DNA from: Phycisphaerales bacterium | GTDB taxonomy: Bacteria > Planctomycetota > Phycisphaerae > Phycisphaerales > UBA1924 | Direction: 5' to 3' | DNA: 58,239 nucleotides | Assembly (NCBI GenBank): GCA_047620485.1 | Contig: JBLHKT010000027.1 | Coordinates: forward strand, 1-58,239 | Shown: positions 7,117-16,205 of the stretch, one piece after another | Layout: every line of letters starts with the position of its first letter | How positions within the stretch are numbered: the first letter of the stretch is position 1 | Made by a program: the position numbers and the translations under genes | The notes under the pieces: model-generated | Databases searched by the model: none | Told to the model about the DNA's origin: nothing | The model's input: only the letters and a program-made list of their open reading frames with translations

Positions 7117-9708
7117 TCAGGTGACGGCGGGTTGATTGCTCGTCACGGGGGTTGTTGTTTCCATGGCGCTGATAGCGGCCTTGACACACCGCGCCTCGGC
7201 GGCGGCCATCCGCGACAGCGTTTTCTCATCTGCTCGGGCCCATTGGATTTCCTCGAACTCGCCGCCGGGTGTGAACTGCCTGGGTGACTGCTCGAACGCG
7301 ACGGAGATGCCGAAGGCCTGGATCTTGACCCAGGCGTGGTCGGTCTGGCGGGGGTCGTAGAAGTAGCCCTGGGAGACGGTCGGGATCGCGTCGCACTCGA
7401 TCTCCCACCCGGTTTCGGCGTGGAGCACCCGCTTGAGGGCCTGCTCGCCGGTTTCGGTGGGGTGCATAAATCCCTTGGGCACCCACAGCATCGAGCCGTC
7501 GGGCTTGAGTCCCACAAGAACATCGATCGCGTCGTCCGAGTCATGCTTGCGAAGCACCACACCCGCGGCGGACTGGTTGGGCCCCCAACGCCCCAGCAGC
7601 CCACGCCCCGCAATGCCGGTCCGCCCTCGTGGGTTGAGCAGGCGTCCGGCATCGTCCCGCTTGGCCCGCCGCCCCGTGGCAACAACGGTCGTGTGGTCAT
7701 GGTCCTCGCCGTCGGCCCACGCGGAATCCCCGGTGGTTGCTGAGGGCGACAGCACGCTCTCGTGCACGAAGTACGGTGGTGTGTATTCCGGGCACGGCAC
7801 GGACCAGGGCGCGTAGTCGATCGAGACGCGGCACCGTGCCGGGTACTCGGGCGGACGCTCGCCGCGAATCTGCAGGTGAAAGTCGTCGGCCACGAGGTTG
7901 AACGCCAGCGATTCCACCGAGTACAACGCGTGCATGAGCTGGGGCAGTTCGCACTCGCCTCGATCTCGGGCAGCATCAAAGCTCAGCGTGTGGGCGGCGA
8001 ACTTGAGCAGGGCCACGCGGTACACCAGCCAGTCGTCGTGCTCCTTGATCTCGAAGCAGATCTCCCGGATCCGGCGCACGCCATCGAGGATCTTGCGGAA
8101 GCGAAGGTCCCACTTCACGAACCGCAGGTCCGGCGGCAGCAGCTCGGGCTCCGGCACGACGCGAGAGCCGAGCAGGAACTCCTCGAATCGCCGGAGCCGC
8201 TCGAGATCGTCGAGCCCGAACTGCTTGCTCATCACGAACTTCAGGTCGTTCTCGAGCTTGGCGAAGTCCACCTCGATGGGCGTCTCGCCGGAGTGGGTCC
8301 AGTCGATAAACCAGACGTTGTCGGAGTTGTCGCAGATGATGTTCTGGAGGTTTAGGTCGCCGTGGGACAGGCAGACCTCGCTCTCGATCGCGTCGATGTT
8401 CGAGGTGATGAGTTGCAACATCGAGACGACCGTGCTGTGATCGACCGCTCCGGCTGGCCCGATGCCTCGGTCACACGCCTGCTTCGCGATCTCCGACGCG
8501 TTCTCTTCGAGCCACGTGAGCTGCTGCTCGCCGTCGAGCCCGAGAACCCGGTACGGCGCGACCAGAGCGGTTCGGCTCGTGTTGCGGTGCAGCTTCTGAG
8601 AGATCAGCACCAGCGCACGCCCGAGCCTACCCATGAATCTTTGGAAGCTCTCGTCGTCCTCAGCGTTCTCGAAGGTCTCCTGCAGGGTCTCGGGTCGCCC
8701 CTCCATCGCAGCGAACTCCATCGCGACCCCCACCGAGTCGCCGATCGAAACCGGGTGCGAGAACGCGGGGACGTTTTTGCCCAAGAGGTCTTTCACGAGG
8801 TGGTAGCCGTTAATCTCGCGGCGCATCTGCGTGAACTCGTCGATCTTGAGCACCACCGGCTCGATCTGCGCGTGGCCCTTCCATCCGTCAGCGAGGAAGA
8901 GCAGGCTGCCGCTGAACCCACCCTGGAGCGGCTTGAGCTCGACGCGTGACCAGTTCATGCACAGGCGTTCGATGATCTGGAGGCGGTCATCGCTGATCTG
9001 TGAAACCGATTCGGGCGGCCCGATCTCACAGGGCGAGCTGGCGATCTGCTCGAAATCGGTGGGATCAAGCCCGGCGTATTCGGCGGTCTCTTGCAGATCC
9101 AGCAGGACTTCGATTTCGCAGGCCGGGAGGTTGTGGCGAAGCGCGGCGAAATGAGCCTCGATGGATGAGCTCCCGGTGAGATGTGATGAGACCGCGACTC
9201 GCTTTGCCCCGAGTACGTTTCGCAGGAAGGTGGCGAGGGTCAACACCCGATCTTCGGTGTGGCACCCCACGACCAGGAAGCGGGTGTCATTGTCCAGATT
9301 CAGCTTTGCCGGGTCGATCCCTGCGGCGGTCGTGATCGCGCCCTTGAGCTGGCTCCACAGAGATCGCTCTTCATCTGGGCCCACGATCTCAGCGGTGCTC
9401 AGGTAGGGCTTGAGGACCTCGACCACGTCCAGGGCTTTGAGCTCGCTCGCAGAGGGTGAGGCGGACAGGGAATCCCCCGTGGTGCTGCCCGTCCAGGTGA
9501 CGGTGATGCAAGAGATATCCTCGCCACGGTCTGCCGCCAGGGCGGCCCGTTTGAGAAACGTAGGCAGCGGGCCCTCGCCGTAGGACTTGCCCCGCCCCAT
9601 GAGTCGCTCGATCTCGCGGGCCCCGATGCTCTTCTTGTGCTCAAGGTGTGCGACATCGGCGCTGAGGAACTTGTTGTCCAATCCGATGCCGATGACGATG
9701 GTCTTCAT
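7117..9708 (-). CDS. 864-aa tri-domain protein: N-terminal isochorismatase/nicotinamidase-fold domain (catalytic Cys apparently replaced), central APH/choline-kinase-fold phosphotransferase, C-terminal NUDT9-like ADP-ribose pyrophosphatase-type Nudix domain with a degenerate Nudix box
   Basis: Kinase motifs: GGFSGSLLF (Gly loop), VVLKID (Lys), LSHGDLNLQNII (HGDxxxxN), FIDWTHSG. NUDT9 signature: GRTGIAGRGLLGRWGPNQSAAG. Nudix box reads GFMHPTETGEQALKRVLHAETGW (REUxEE becomes RVLHAE). N-terminus: TIVIGIGLDNKF...FLVVGCHTEDRVLTLATFL...GAKRVAVSS resembles the PncA/isochorismatase fold. Start at MKTIVIG, preceded by a GGGAG ribosome-binding site. Confidence 0.65.
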   Translation of the reverse strand: MKTIVIGIGLDNKFLSADVAHLEHKKSIGAREIERLMGRGKSYGEGPLPTFLKRAALAADRGEDISCITVTWTGSTTGDSLSASPSASELKALDVVEVLKPYLSTAEIVGPDEERSLWSQLKGAITTAAGIDPAKLNLDNDTRFLVVGCHTEDRVLTLATFLRNVLGAKRVAVSSHLTGSSSIEAHFAALRHNLPACEIEVLLDLQETAEYAGLDPTDFEQIASSPCEIGPPESVSQISDDRLQIIERLCMNWSRVELKPLQGGFSGSLLFLADGWKGHAQIEPVVLKIDEFTQMRREINGYHLVKDLLGKNVPAFSHPVSIGDSVGVAMEFAAMEGRPETLQETFENAEDDESFQRFMGRLGRALVLISQKLHRNTSRTALVAPYRVLGLDGEQQLTWLEENASEIAKQACDRGIGPAGAVDHSTVVSMLQLITSNIDAIESEVCLSHGDLNLQNIICDNSDNVWFIDWTHSGETPIEVDFAKLENDLKFVMSKQFGLDDLERLRRFEEFLLGSRVVPEPELLPPDLRFVKWDLRFRKILDGVRRIREICFEIKEHDDWLVYRVALLKFAAHTLSFDAARDRGECELPQLMHALYSVESLAFNLVADDFHLQIRGERPPEYPARCRVSIDYAPWSVPCPEYTPPYFVHESVLSPSATTGDSAWADGEDHDHTTVVATGRRAKRDDAGRLLNPRGRTGIAGRGLLGRWGPNQSAAGVVLRKHDSDDAIDVLVGLKPDGSMLWVPKGFMHPTETGEQALKRVLHAETGWEIECDAIPTVSQGYFYDPRQTDHAWVKIQAFGISVAFEQSPRQFTPGGEFEEIQWARADEKTLSRMAAAEARCVKAAISAMETTTPVTSNQPAVT

Positions 9709-9739
9709 GGGTACTCCCGTGGAATCCGCGGCACACGCC

Positions 9740-10072
9740 TCAAAAACCAGCGAGCGCCACTTGCTCGCTCTCAAACACCTTCAGGAGCGTGTCGAAGCCC
9801 GAGATCTCAAAGATGTCGCTCACGGACTCGTTGAGCCCGCACAACCGGAGCGACCCGCCCCGGTCCCCGAGCTTTTTGGCCGTCACGAGCAGCACTCGCA
9901 GCCCGGCGCTGGAGATGAAGTCGAGCGCGGTGAAGTTGATGAGGACCTTGTCGGCACCCTGTTCCACCACGTCGCCGAGCGTGCTCTCGGCCTGTGCGCT
10001 GGTGTTGGTGTCGAGTGAGCCGTCGAAGACGATTACCTTGACGTCGTTGCTGTCCTGGATGTCGATGTTCAT
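9740..10072 (-). CDS. STAS-domain anti-sigma-factor antagonist (SpoIIAA/RsbV-like, 110 aa)
   Basis: Typical STAS sequence with the conserved phospho-Ser region (...NFTALDFISSAGLRVLL...). Start at MNIDIQD. Confidence 0.8.
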   Translation of the reverse strand: MNIDIQDSNDVKVIVFDGSLDTNTSAQAESTLGDVVEQGADKVLINFTALDFISSAGLRVLLVTAKKLGDRGGSLRLCGLNESVSDIFEISGFDTLLKVFESEQVALAGF

Positions 10073-10127
10073 CCGATTCTCCTGCGGCGTGTGGTGTGGG
10101 CGGGCTCTCGGTGAGTCGTGCTGAATT

Positions 10128-11357
10128 TCACGATGGGCTCCCATGAAACTTGATGGCGATCACGGTGATGTCGTCGCTCTGCGGCGTGCCGAACTCGTGC
10201 TGAGTGACCGCGTCGGAGATCCGGCGGATGACCCTCTCGGGGGTGGGGTTCTCGTCGGCGTTGATTAGCCCCTCGAGGCGGGGCTCGCGGAACATCTCGC
10301 CCGTCGAGTCGGTGGCCTCGGTCACTCCGTCGGTGTAGACCACAAGCATCTCGCCGCGGGTGAGGGTTGTGGAGCTCTCGGAGTACTCGGCGTCCTCGAC
10401 CACGCCCAAGGGCGGGCCGTCGCGGTCGGTGAGCATCTCGGCGTGCTTCCCGGGCGGCCGCCGGTACGGCTTGTTGTGCCCCGCGTTGGTCATGACGACC
10501 TCGCCGGTGTTCAGGTCGAGGATGGCGATGAACAGCGTGATGAACATGCATGAGTCGTTGTTGATAGCCAGCTCGGCGTTGACCCGGGAGGCCAACGCCC
10601 CAGTCGATTCGGCCCGCATCGCGTTGGCCTTGATCAGTGTCTTGGCGGCGGCCATGAACAGCCCCGAGGCGGCACCCTTGTCCGAGACGTCGCCCACGAG
10701 GAAGCAGAGACGGTCGTCGTCCACGAAGAAGAAGTCGAAGAAATCACCGCCAACCTCGAGCGCGGGCTTGAGCATCCCCGCGATGGTGCACTCGGTGCGG
10801 TTGGGTGTGAGACGGCGTGGCAGCATGTTCATCTGAACCTGCCGGGCGACCCTGAGCTCACGCTCCATGCGGTCCTTCTGCGACTTGATGACGTCGTACG
10901 CCTTTTGCAGCTCCGCGGACCGCTGCTCGAGCGCCGCGTTGGCCTTCTCGAGGTCCTTCTTGTGCCGGTCGGCGAGCTTCGAGAACGAGTTGAGCAGGTG
11001 GTCCTGCTCCTTCTGCTTGGTGATCTCCACCGACTCGGCGAGCACCAGTTGTCGCCCGCCACGCTCTATGTGGCGGAGAGTGGTCAGGATCGAGACGGGC
11101 CGGGCGCCCAATCGGATCTCGGCCTCGACCGGGAACGGGCGGCCCTTGTCGAGCCGCTTGCTGGCACGCTCCCGGTTCAATTCGGGCAACCGATCGGCGA
11201 GATCGTTGGACTCGGTTGAGGCTGCGAACCAGCTCTCGAAGGCCCGATTGGTGTATTCCACCCGCCAGGTCTGGGCGTCGGCTAGCGCGATCCCCACGGC
11301 CAGGGAGTCCGCGGAGTCTTCGATCCCAATGCGTTGTCCGTCTCGCCCGCCCATCAC
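10128..11357 (-). CDS. Sensor-domain (PAS-like) PP2C/SpoIIE-family Ser phosphatase (RsbU/RsbP-like, 409 aa)
   Basis: PP2C motifs (LEVGGDFFDFFFVDDDRLCFLVGDVSDKGAASGLFMAA...VYTDGVTEA...SDDITVIAIKF). Start codon overlaps the stop of the upstream globin gene. Confidence 0.8.
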   Translation of the reverse strand: MMGGRDGQRIGIEDSADSLAVGIALADAQTWRVEYTNRAFESWFAASTESNDLADRLPELNRERASKRLDKGRPFPVEAEIRLGARPVSILTTLRHIERGGRQLVLAESVEITKQKEQDHLLNSFSKLADRHKKDLEKANAALEQRSAELQKAYDVIKSQKDRMERELRVARQVQMNMLPRRLTPNRTECTIAGMLKPALEVGGDFFDFFFVDDDRLCFLVGDVSDKGAASGLFMAAAKTLIKANAMRAESTGALASRVNAELAINNDSCMFITLFIAILDLNTGEVVMTNAGHNKPYRRPPGKHAEMLTDRDGPPLGVVEDAEYSESSTTLTRGEMLVVYTDGVTEATDSTGEMFREPRLEGLINADENPTPERVIRRISDAVTQHEFGTPQSDDITVIAIKFHGSPS

Positions 11358-11716
11358 CCGGACCCGACGATGCTGGCCCGGTAGCCCTGCAGTTGCTCTG
11401 AAACGTTATCGATGACACTCTCATCAACGTCGTGGTCTTCGAGGGTCTCGCCGATCAGCTCGACGATCAGATCGAAGTGCAGGTCCTTGATGCTCATCCC
11501 GGAATGCATTTTGTGGAGTTGCTCGTGCGTGTACGACACGGGCCCACCGAGGATGGTGGCCCAGAACTTGGTCTGGTGATCGATCAGCGACGCCATGTCG
11601 GTGTGCTGAAAAAACGGCGAGAGCTGCTCTTCGCTGAGCACCTTGTCGTAGAAATCTGTGACGAGCTTTCGCACCGTCGCAAACCCGCCCAGCTTGTCGT
11701 ACAGAGACTGTTCCAT
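11354..11716 (-). CDS. Truncated hemoglobin (group I trHb, 120 aa)
   Basis: MEQSLYDKLGGFATVRKLVTDFYDKVLSEEQLSPFF...WATILGGP is the 2/2 hemoglobin signature. Start chosen at the internal ATG of a longer ORF whose N-terminal part is Arg-rich noise. Confidence 0.75.
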   Translation of the reverse strand: MEQSLYDKLGGFATVRKLVTDFYDKVLSEEQLSPFFQHTDMASLIDHQTKFWATILGGPVSYTHEQLHKMHSGMSIKDLHFDLIVELIGETLEDHDVDESVIDNVSEQLQGYRASIVGSG

Positions 11717-11745
11717 CGTTCGTCCTTCGGTGTTCGTGCCGCGGA

Positions 11746-13032
11746 TCAGTCGAGTTGCTTGGGCACGGGCGGGGCATGATTGCCCTTGTCGGTGAGTTTG
11801 GAGAAGTCCACGCCGGTGGCGTTGCTCATCTGCTCCATCATCGAGACCACGCTGCTCGTGAGGTTTTTGACGTACGCGGGGAGCCCGTCGCCGCTCCCGG
11901 AGTCCACGATGGTGAGCTTGTCGATCCTGAGATTGTCCGCGACGACGCGTGACATCTTGTCGATCAGCTCGGGCATGAGGTGGATGAGAAACAGGTTTTC
12001 GGCCTCGCCGCCGTTCCACTGCTTCTGGAGCGCCTCGATCGCCTGGGCCTTGGCTTTGCCCTCCTCAAGGGTGCGGCTGGCCTTGCCCTCGGACTCGAGC
12101 AGCATCGCATCTCGCTTAGCGCGGGCCGGCACGACGGTGTCCGCGTTATGGAGTTGAACCGCAAGCTGAGCCCGCTTGGTCTGCAGCTCGATCTCCTCGC
12201 CCGCCCGGGTGATCTTGCCCGCAACACTCGCCCGCTCCACAGCACGGTTTGTCTCGGCCTCGAGATCGGCCCGCTCGACGGCCAGCGCGTTCTCGTGCGT
12301 GATGATCGTCCGTTCGGCTCCGATCTCGGCTTCGCGACCGATCCGATGCTGATCCGCAGCCACGGTGATCGACTCGGCCTTGGCGTGGGCCTCGGCGATG
12401 CTCGCGTCCCGCTGAACTACAGCGTTCTTCTTTCGCCCGATCGCCTCAAGATACCCCTGTTCGTCGGTCACCTCCTGCACCTGCAGGAAATCGAGCACGA
12501 TCCCCAGGTTCTTGAGATCAGCCCGAGCGTGCTCGGCGGCGGCTTTAGCGAATTCCAAGCGATTCGAGTTCGCATCCTCGGGACTCATCGTCGCGACCAC
12601 GCCACGCAGCGCTCCCTCGATCGCCTGCTTGGCGGTCTTCACCACCGCGTCTCCGCCCTTGCCGATGAACCGCTCGATCGCGGCGTCCATGCCGTCCTCG
12701 CTATTGCTCGCGATCTTGACGGTTGCCTTGGCCTCGATGGTGAGTGGGATCATGCCGCCGGACATCGCCTTGTGCAGGATCAGTTCTACAGGCAGCGAGT
12801 TGAGCGGCAGCCTCGCAACGGTCTCGAGCATCGGACGCTTGAACCCGCGCCCGCCTCGCAGCACCCGGTACCCGACGGTGCTCCCGTCGGCGGCCTTGCG
12901 CTTTCGCCCCGCGATCACGACCAGCTCGTTTGGTGGGCACAGGACGATGTTGCTCTTGAAGAAGACGAGCGTCAGCATGATCGCGAGAACGCCCAGGCCG
13001 ATTGCGAGGCCGATGATCTGTGGGGTATCCAT
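11746..13032 (-). CDS. Flotillin/SPFH (band-7) domain membrane protein (428 aa)
   Basis: N-terminal TM helix, SPFH domain, and a long coiled-coil Ala/Glu/Arg-rich region characteristic of bacterial flotillins (FloT/YqiK-like). Confidence 0.75.
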   Translation of the reverse strand: MDTPQIIGLAIGLGVLAIMLTLVFFKSNIVLCPPNELVVIAGRKRKAADGSTVGYRVLRGGRGFKRPMLETVARLPLNSLPVELILHKAMSGGMIPLTIEAKATVKIASNSEDGMDAAIERFIGKGGDAVVKTAKQAIEGALRGVVATMSPEDANSNRLEFAKAAAEHARADLKNLGIVLDFLQVQEVTDEQGYLEAIGRKKNAVVQRDASIAEAHAKAESITVAADQHRIGREAEIGAERTIITHENALAVERADLEAETNRAVERASVAGKITRAGEEIELQTKRAQLAVQLHNADTVVPARAKRDAMLLESEGKASRTLEEGKAKAQAIEALQKQWNGGEAENLFLIHLMPELIDKMSRVVADNLRIDKLTIVDSGSGDGLPAYVKNLTSSVVSMMEQMSNATGVDFSKLTDKGNHAPPVPKQLD

Positions 13033-13081
13033 GGTGGTTGGTCCTTTGCTGTGCTCGATCGGGAGTGGGGGGGTGGGGGGA

Positions 13082-14509
13082 TCAAGCGTCGAAGTACATC
13101 TCAAACTCGGTCGGGTGGGGTCTCAGGCTCAGGTGTTTGATCTCTTTTTCACGCTTCACGCGGAGCCAGGTATCGATGAGGTCTTCGCTGAACACGCCGT
13201 GGTCGGTCAGGAACGAATAGTCGGCTTCCAGCGCATCGAGCGACTCGGACAGCGAGCTGGGTGTCGCCTGGAGCAACCGCCCGTGCTCGGATGTGGCGAA
13301 CTTGAAGATGTCCTGGTCCACGGGTGGTGCCGGCTCGGTTTTGTTGATGACGCCGTCGATCCCGGCGAGCAGGATCGCCGACAACGCCAAGTACGGGTTA
13401 CATAGCGGATCGGGCGTGCGGAATTCCACCCGCTTCGCGTTCGCGTTGGCCCCGGTAAATGGCACGCGGACGCACGCGCTGCGGTTGCGCTGCGAGTAGG
13501 CGAGGATGGTGGGGGCCTCATACCCGGGGACGAGTCGCCGGTAGGAGTTGGTGGTCGCGGCGGCGAACGCGCACACAGCCGGGGCGTGGGCGAGGATCCC
13601 GCCGACGAAATGAATCGCAAAGTCGCTCAGGTCGGCGTACTTGCCCGGCTCGTAAAAGATGTTCTTCTTATCTTTCCAGACACTGATGTTGGCGTGCATG
13701 CCCGATCCGGCCTGCTCGAAGATCGGCTTTGGCATAAACGTCGCGATCTTGTTGTACCTGGCCGCGGTATTCTTGACCGTGTACTTGAACTTTATCGCGT
13801 TGTCGGAGGTCTCGAGGAGCTTGCCGAACTTGAACCCGATCTCGTTCTGACCGGCGGACCCGACCTCGTGGTGGTGCAGCTCGGGGGTCAGCCCGACGAT
13901 CTCCATGACCTTGGAGATCTTGCCCCGAATGTTGTGCCCGGGGTCATTGGGTGGGGCGGAGAAATAGGCGTTCTTGGGGCGGGCCCGGTGGCTCCGTTCG
14001 GGGGCTTTCCCGCCAACGTGCTCGGCGGCATCAGAGTCCACGAAGTGGTATGCGTGCCGGGCGTCCTGCCCGTACCGAACGTCGTCAAACAGGTAAAACT
14101 CAGGCTCCACGCCGAACGACGCAAAGTCCGCCAACCCTATCGAACGCAGCAGTCGCCCGGCACGGTGCGCCACGCCTCGGGGGTCTCTCGAGTACGGCTT
14201 GTACCCGTCCGGATCGAGGATGTCGCAGAACAGGGAGAGCGTGGGGTCGTCGTAAAACGGATCAACGAACAGCGAGTTCGGATCCGGTTTGAGGATCAGA
14301 TCGCTCTCGCTGATCGCCTGGAACCCGCGCACCGAGGAGCCGTCGAAGTTCACACCGCGTGCGAAGCTGCCCTCGTCGAGTGCTTTCGCGGGAAACGTGA
14401 TGTGCTGGAGCCCGCCGAAGAGATCGACAAACTTGAAATCGACAAACTCGATCGATTCCTCGCGGATTCGCTTGAGTATGTCCCGGACATTGATCGGATG
14501 GTCAGTCAT
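13082..14509 (-). CDS. glnA: Glutamine synthetase, type I (475 aa)
   Basis: Full-length GS with conserved beta-grasp and catalytic regions (e.g. FDGSSVRGFQ..., KPIFEQAGSGMH...). Start at MTDHPIN. Confidence 0.9.
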   Translation of the reverse strand: MTDHPINVRDILKRIREESIEFVDFKFVDLFGGLQHITFPAKALDEGSFARGVNFDGSSVRGFQAISESDLILKPDPNSLFVDPFYDDPTLSLFCDILDPDGYKPYSRDPRGVAHRAGRLLRSIGLADFASFGVEPEFYLFDDVRYGQDARHAYHFVDSDAAEHVGGKAPERSHRARPKNAYFSAPPNDPGHNIRGKISKVMEIVGLTPELHHHEVGSAGQNEIGFKFGKLLETSDNAIKFKYTVKNTAARYNKIATFMPKPIFEQAGSGMHANISVWKDKKNIFYEPGKYADLSDFAIHFVGGILAHAPAVCAFAAATTNSYRRLVPGYEAPTILAYSQRNRSACVRVPFTGANANAKRVEFRTPDPLCNPYLALSAILLAGIDGVINKTEPAPPVDQDIFKFATSEHGRLLQATPSSLSESLDALEADYSFLTDHGVFSEDLIDTWLRVKREKEIKHLSLRPHPTEFEMYFDA

Positions 14510-14523
14510 GTGGTATGGCCTCG

Positions 14524-14856
14524 TTACAGCGCCCGCGGTCCGCGAACACCGGTCCAAATGGTGACGATGTCGTCGAGCGGCTGGACCATGATCCGCCCCC
14601 ACCCGCCGGTCTCGTGAGCCCCTCGGCTAATCGCGTCGATCGCAGTCTCGACCTGTGCGTCGTTAACCGCGAGCTCGATGCGGACCCTTGAGAACAGCGA
14701 GACCTCCCGCTGTACGCCGCGGTACATCTGCTGCTCGGACTTGGGCGCGGTGCCCATGACCGTCGAGGCGGTGATGTGCCTGATCTGAGAGTCAAACAGG
14801 GCCTGCTTGACCGACGGGAGCTGTTCTGGGCGGATGACCGCAACGATGAGTTTCAT
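14524..14856 (-). CDS. glnK: PII-family nitrogen regulatory protein (GlnB/GlnK-like, 110 aa)
   Basis: MKLIVAVIRPEQLPSVKQAL...GKIGDG-like core. Position between amtB and glnA is the classic arrangement. Confidence 0.8.
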   Translation of the reverse strand: MKLIVAVIRPEQLPSVKQALFDSQIRHITASTVMGTAPKSEQQMYRGVQREVSLFSRVRIELAVNDAQVETAIDAISRGAHETGGWGRIMVQPLDDIVTIWTGVRGPRAL

Positions 14857-14870
14857 GGGTGCAGCCTCCG

Positions 14871-16205
14871 TTAGTCGGTGGTAAAGATCTGGAATCCGCC
14901 GTAGGACTCCATGCCGTGCTCGTCCAGATCCAGCCCGCGGAGTTCGGTCTCGCGGGTGACACGCAGCCCGACGATCGCGTCGATGGTCTTGAAGACGACC
15001 CACATCGCGATCGCGGTGAAACCGAGGCAGGCCGCGACACCCAAGCACTGGATCCCGAGCTGCCCGAACCCGCCGCCGTAGAACAGCCCGTCCTTGGGAG
15101 ATCCCAGAGACGACTGCCCGAACAGCCCGACCGCGATGGTGCCCCACACGCCGCACAGCCCGTGCACCGGGATCGCACCGACCGGATCATCGACCTTGAT
15201 TTTGTTAAGCCACGTGATCCCGTAGACCACTAGCACGCCCGCAACGATCCCGATCGCGAGTGCTCCGCCGGACCCGACCACCGCACAGGGCGCGGTGATG
15301 CCCACGAGACCCGCGAGCGCACCGTTAAGAGCCACGGTGAGGTCGGGCTTGCCGAACATCAGCCACGCCGCAGACATCGCTGCGATTGCGCCGGCCGCGG
15401 GTGCGAGCGTGGTGTTCATTGCGATCCTTCCGACGAGGCCCGGATCGCCCATCCCGAGCGTGGAGCCGGCATTGAACCCGAACCACCCAAACCACAAGAT
15501 GAACACGCCCACGGTGACCAGCGGGAGGTTGTGACCCGCGATCGCGTTGGGTGAGCCGTCCTTGTTGAACCGTCCGATGCGAGGCCCGAGCATCCAGGCC
15601 CCGACGAGAGCGGCGCACCCGCCCACGCCATGCACCACGGTCGAGCCCGCGAAGTCGTGGAAGTCCATCTGTGCGAGCCATCCGCCGCCCCAGACCCAGT
15701 GGGCCACCACCGGGTATACAAACGCGGTGAGCAGGAACGAGTAGATCAGGTAGGCGACGAATCGCATCCGCTCGGCCATTGCGCCCGAGACGATGGTGGC
15801 CGCAGTTCCCGCGAACACCGCCTGGAAGAGCCAGAACACGGAGGTGGGGAGGGTTCCGGTCGCGTCATTTACGCCGGACATAAACCACCCGGAGGTGCCG
15901 AACAGCAGTCCGTCACCGCCGTACGCGATGGCGTACCCGAAGATAAAAAACCCGAGTACGGCGAAGCAGAAGTCCATCACGTTCTTCATCAGCACGTTCG
16001 CAGCGTTCTTGGCGCGGATCAGCCCCGCCTCGACAAGCCCAAACCCCGCCTGCATAAAGAACACGAGGATCGCCGCGAGCAGCACCCAGAGCGTGTCGAG
16101 CCCGTCGAACACGGTCTCCATGCTCGGCTCATCCTGCAGGGCAATCGCGGGTGTCGCCAAGAGCAACATCGCTGCGGTGCTGGTGTGAAGACATCTGCGT
16201 TTCAT
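14871..16205 (-). CDS. amtB: Ammonium transporter (Amt family, signal peptide plus 11 TM)
   Basis: Strong Amt signature throughout (e.g. ...FFMQAGFGLVEAG..., ...HGVGG...). Confidence 0.9.
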   Translation of the reverse strand: MKRRCLHTSTAAMLLLATPAIALQDEPSMETVFDGLDTLWVLLAAILVFFMQAGFGLVEAGLIRAKNAANVLMKNVMDFCFAVLGFFIFGYAIAYGGDGLLFGTSGWFMSGVNDATGTLPTSVFWLFQAVFAGTAATIVSGAMAERMRFVAYLIYSFLLTAFVYPVVAHWVWGGGWLAQMDFHDFAGSTVVHGVGGCAALVGAWMLGPRIGRFNKDGSPNAIAGHNLPLVTVGVFILWFGWFGFNAGSTLGMGDPGLVGRIAMNTTLAPAAGAIAAMSAAWLMFGKPDLTVALNGALAGLVGITAPCAVVGSGGALAIGIVAGVLVVYGITWLNKIKVDDPVGAIPVHGLCGVWGTIAVGLFGQSSLGSPKDGLFYGGGFGQLGIQCLGVAACLGFTAIAMWVVFKTIDAIVGLRVTRETELRGLDLDEHGMESYGGFQIFTTD

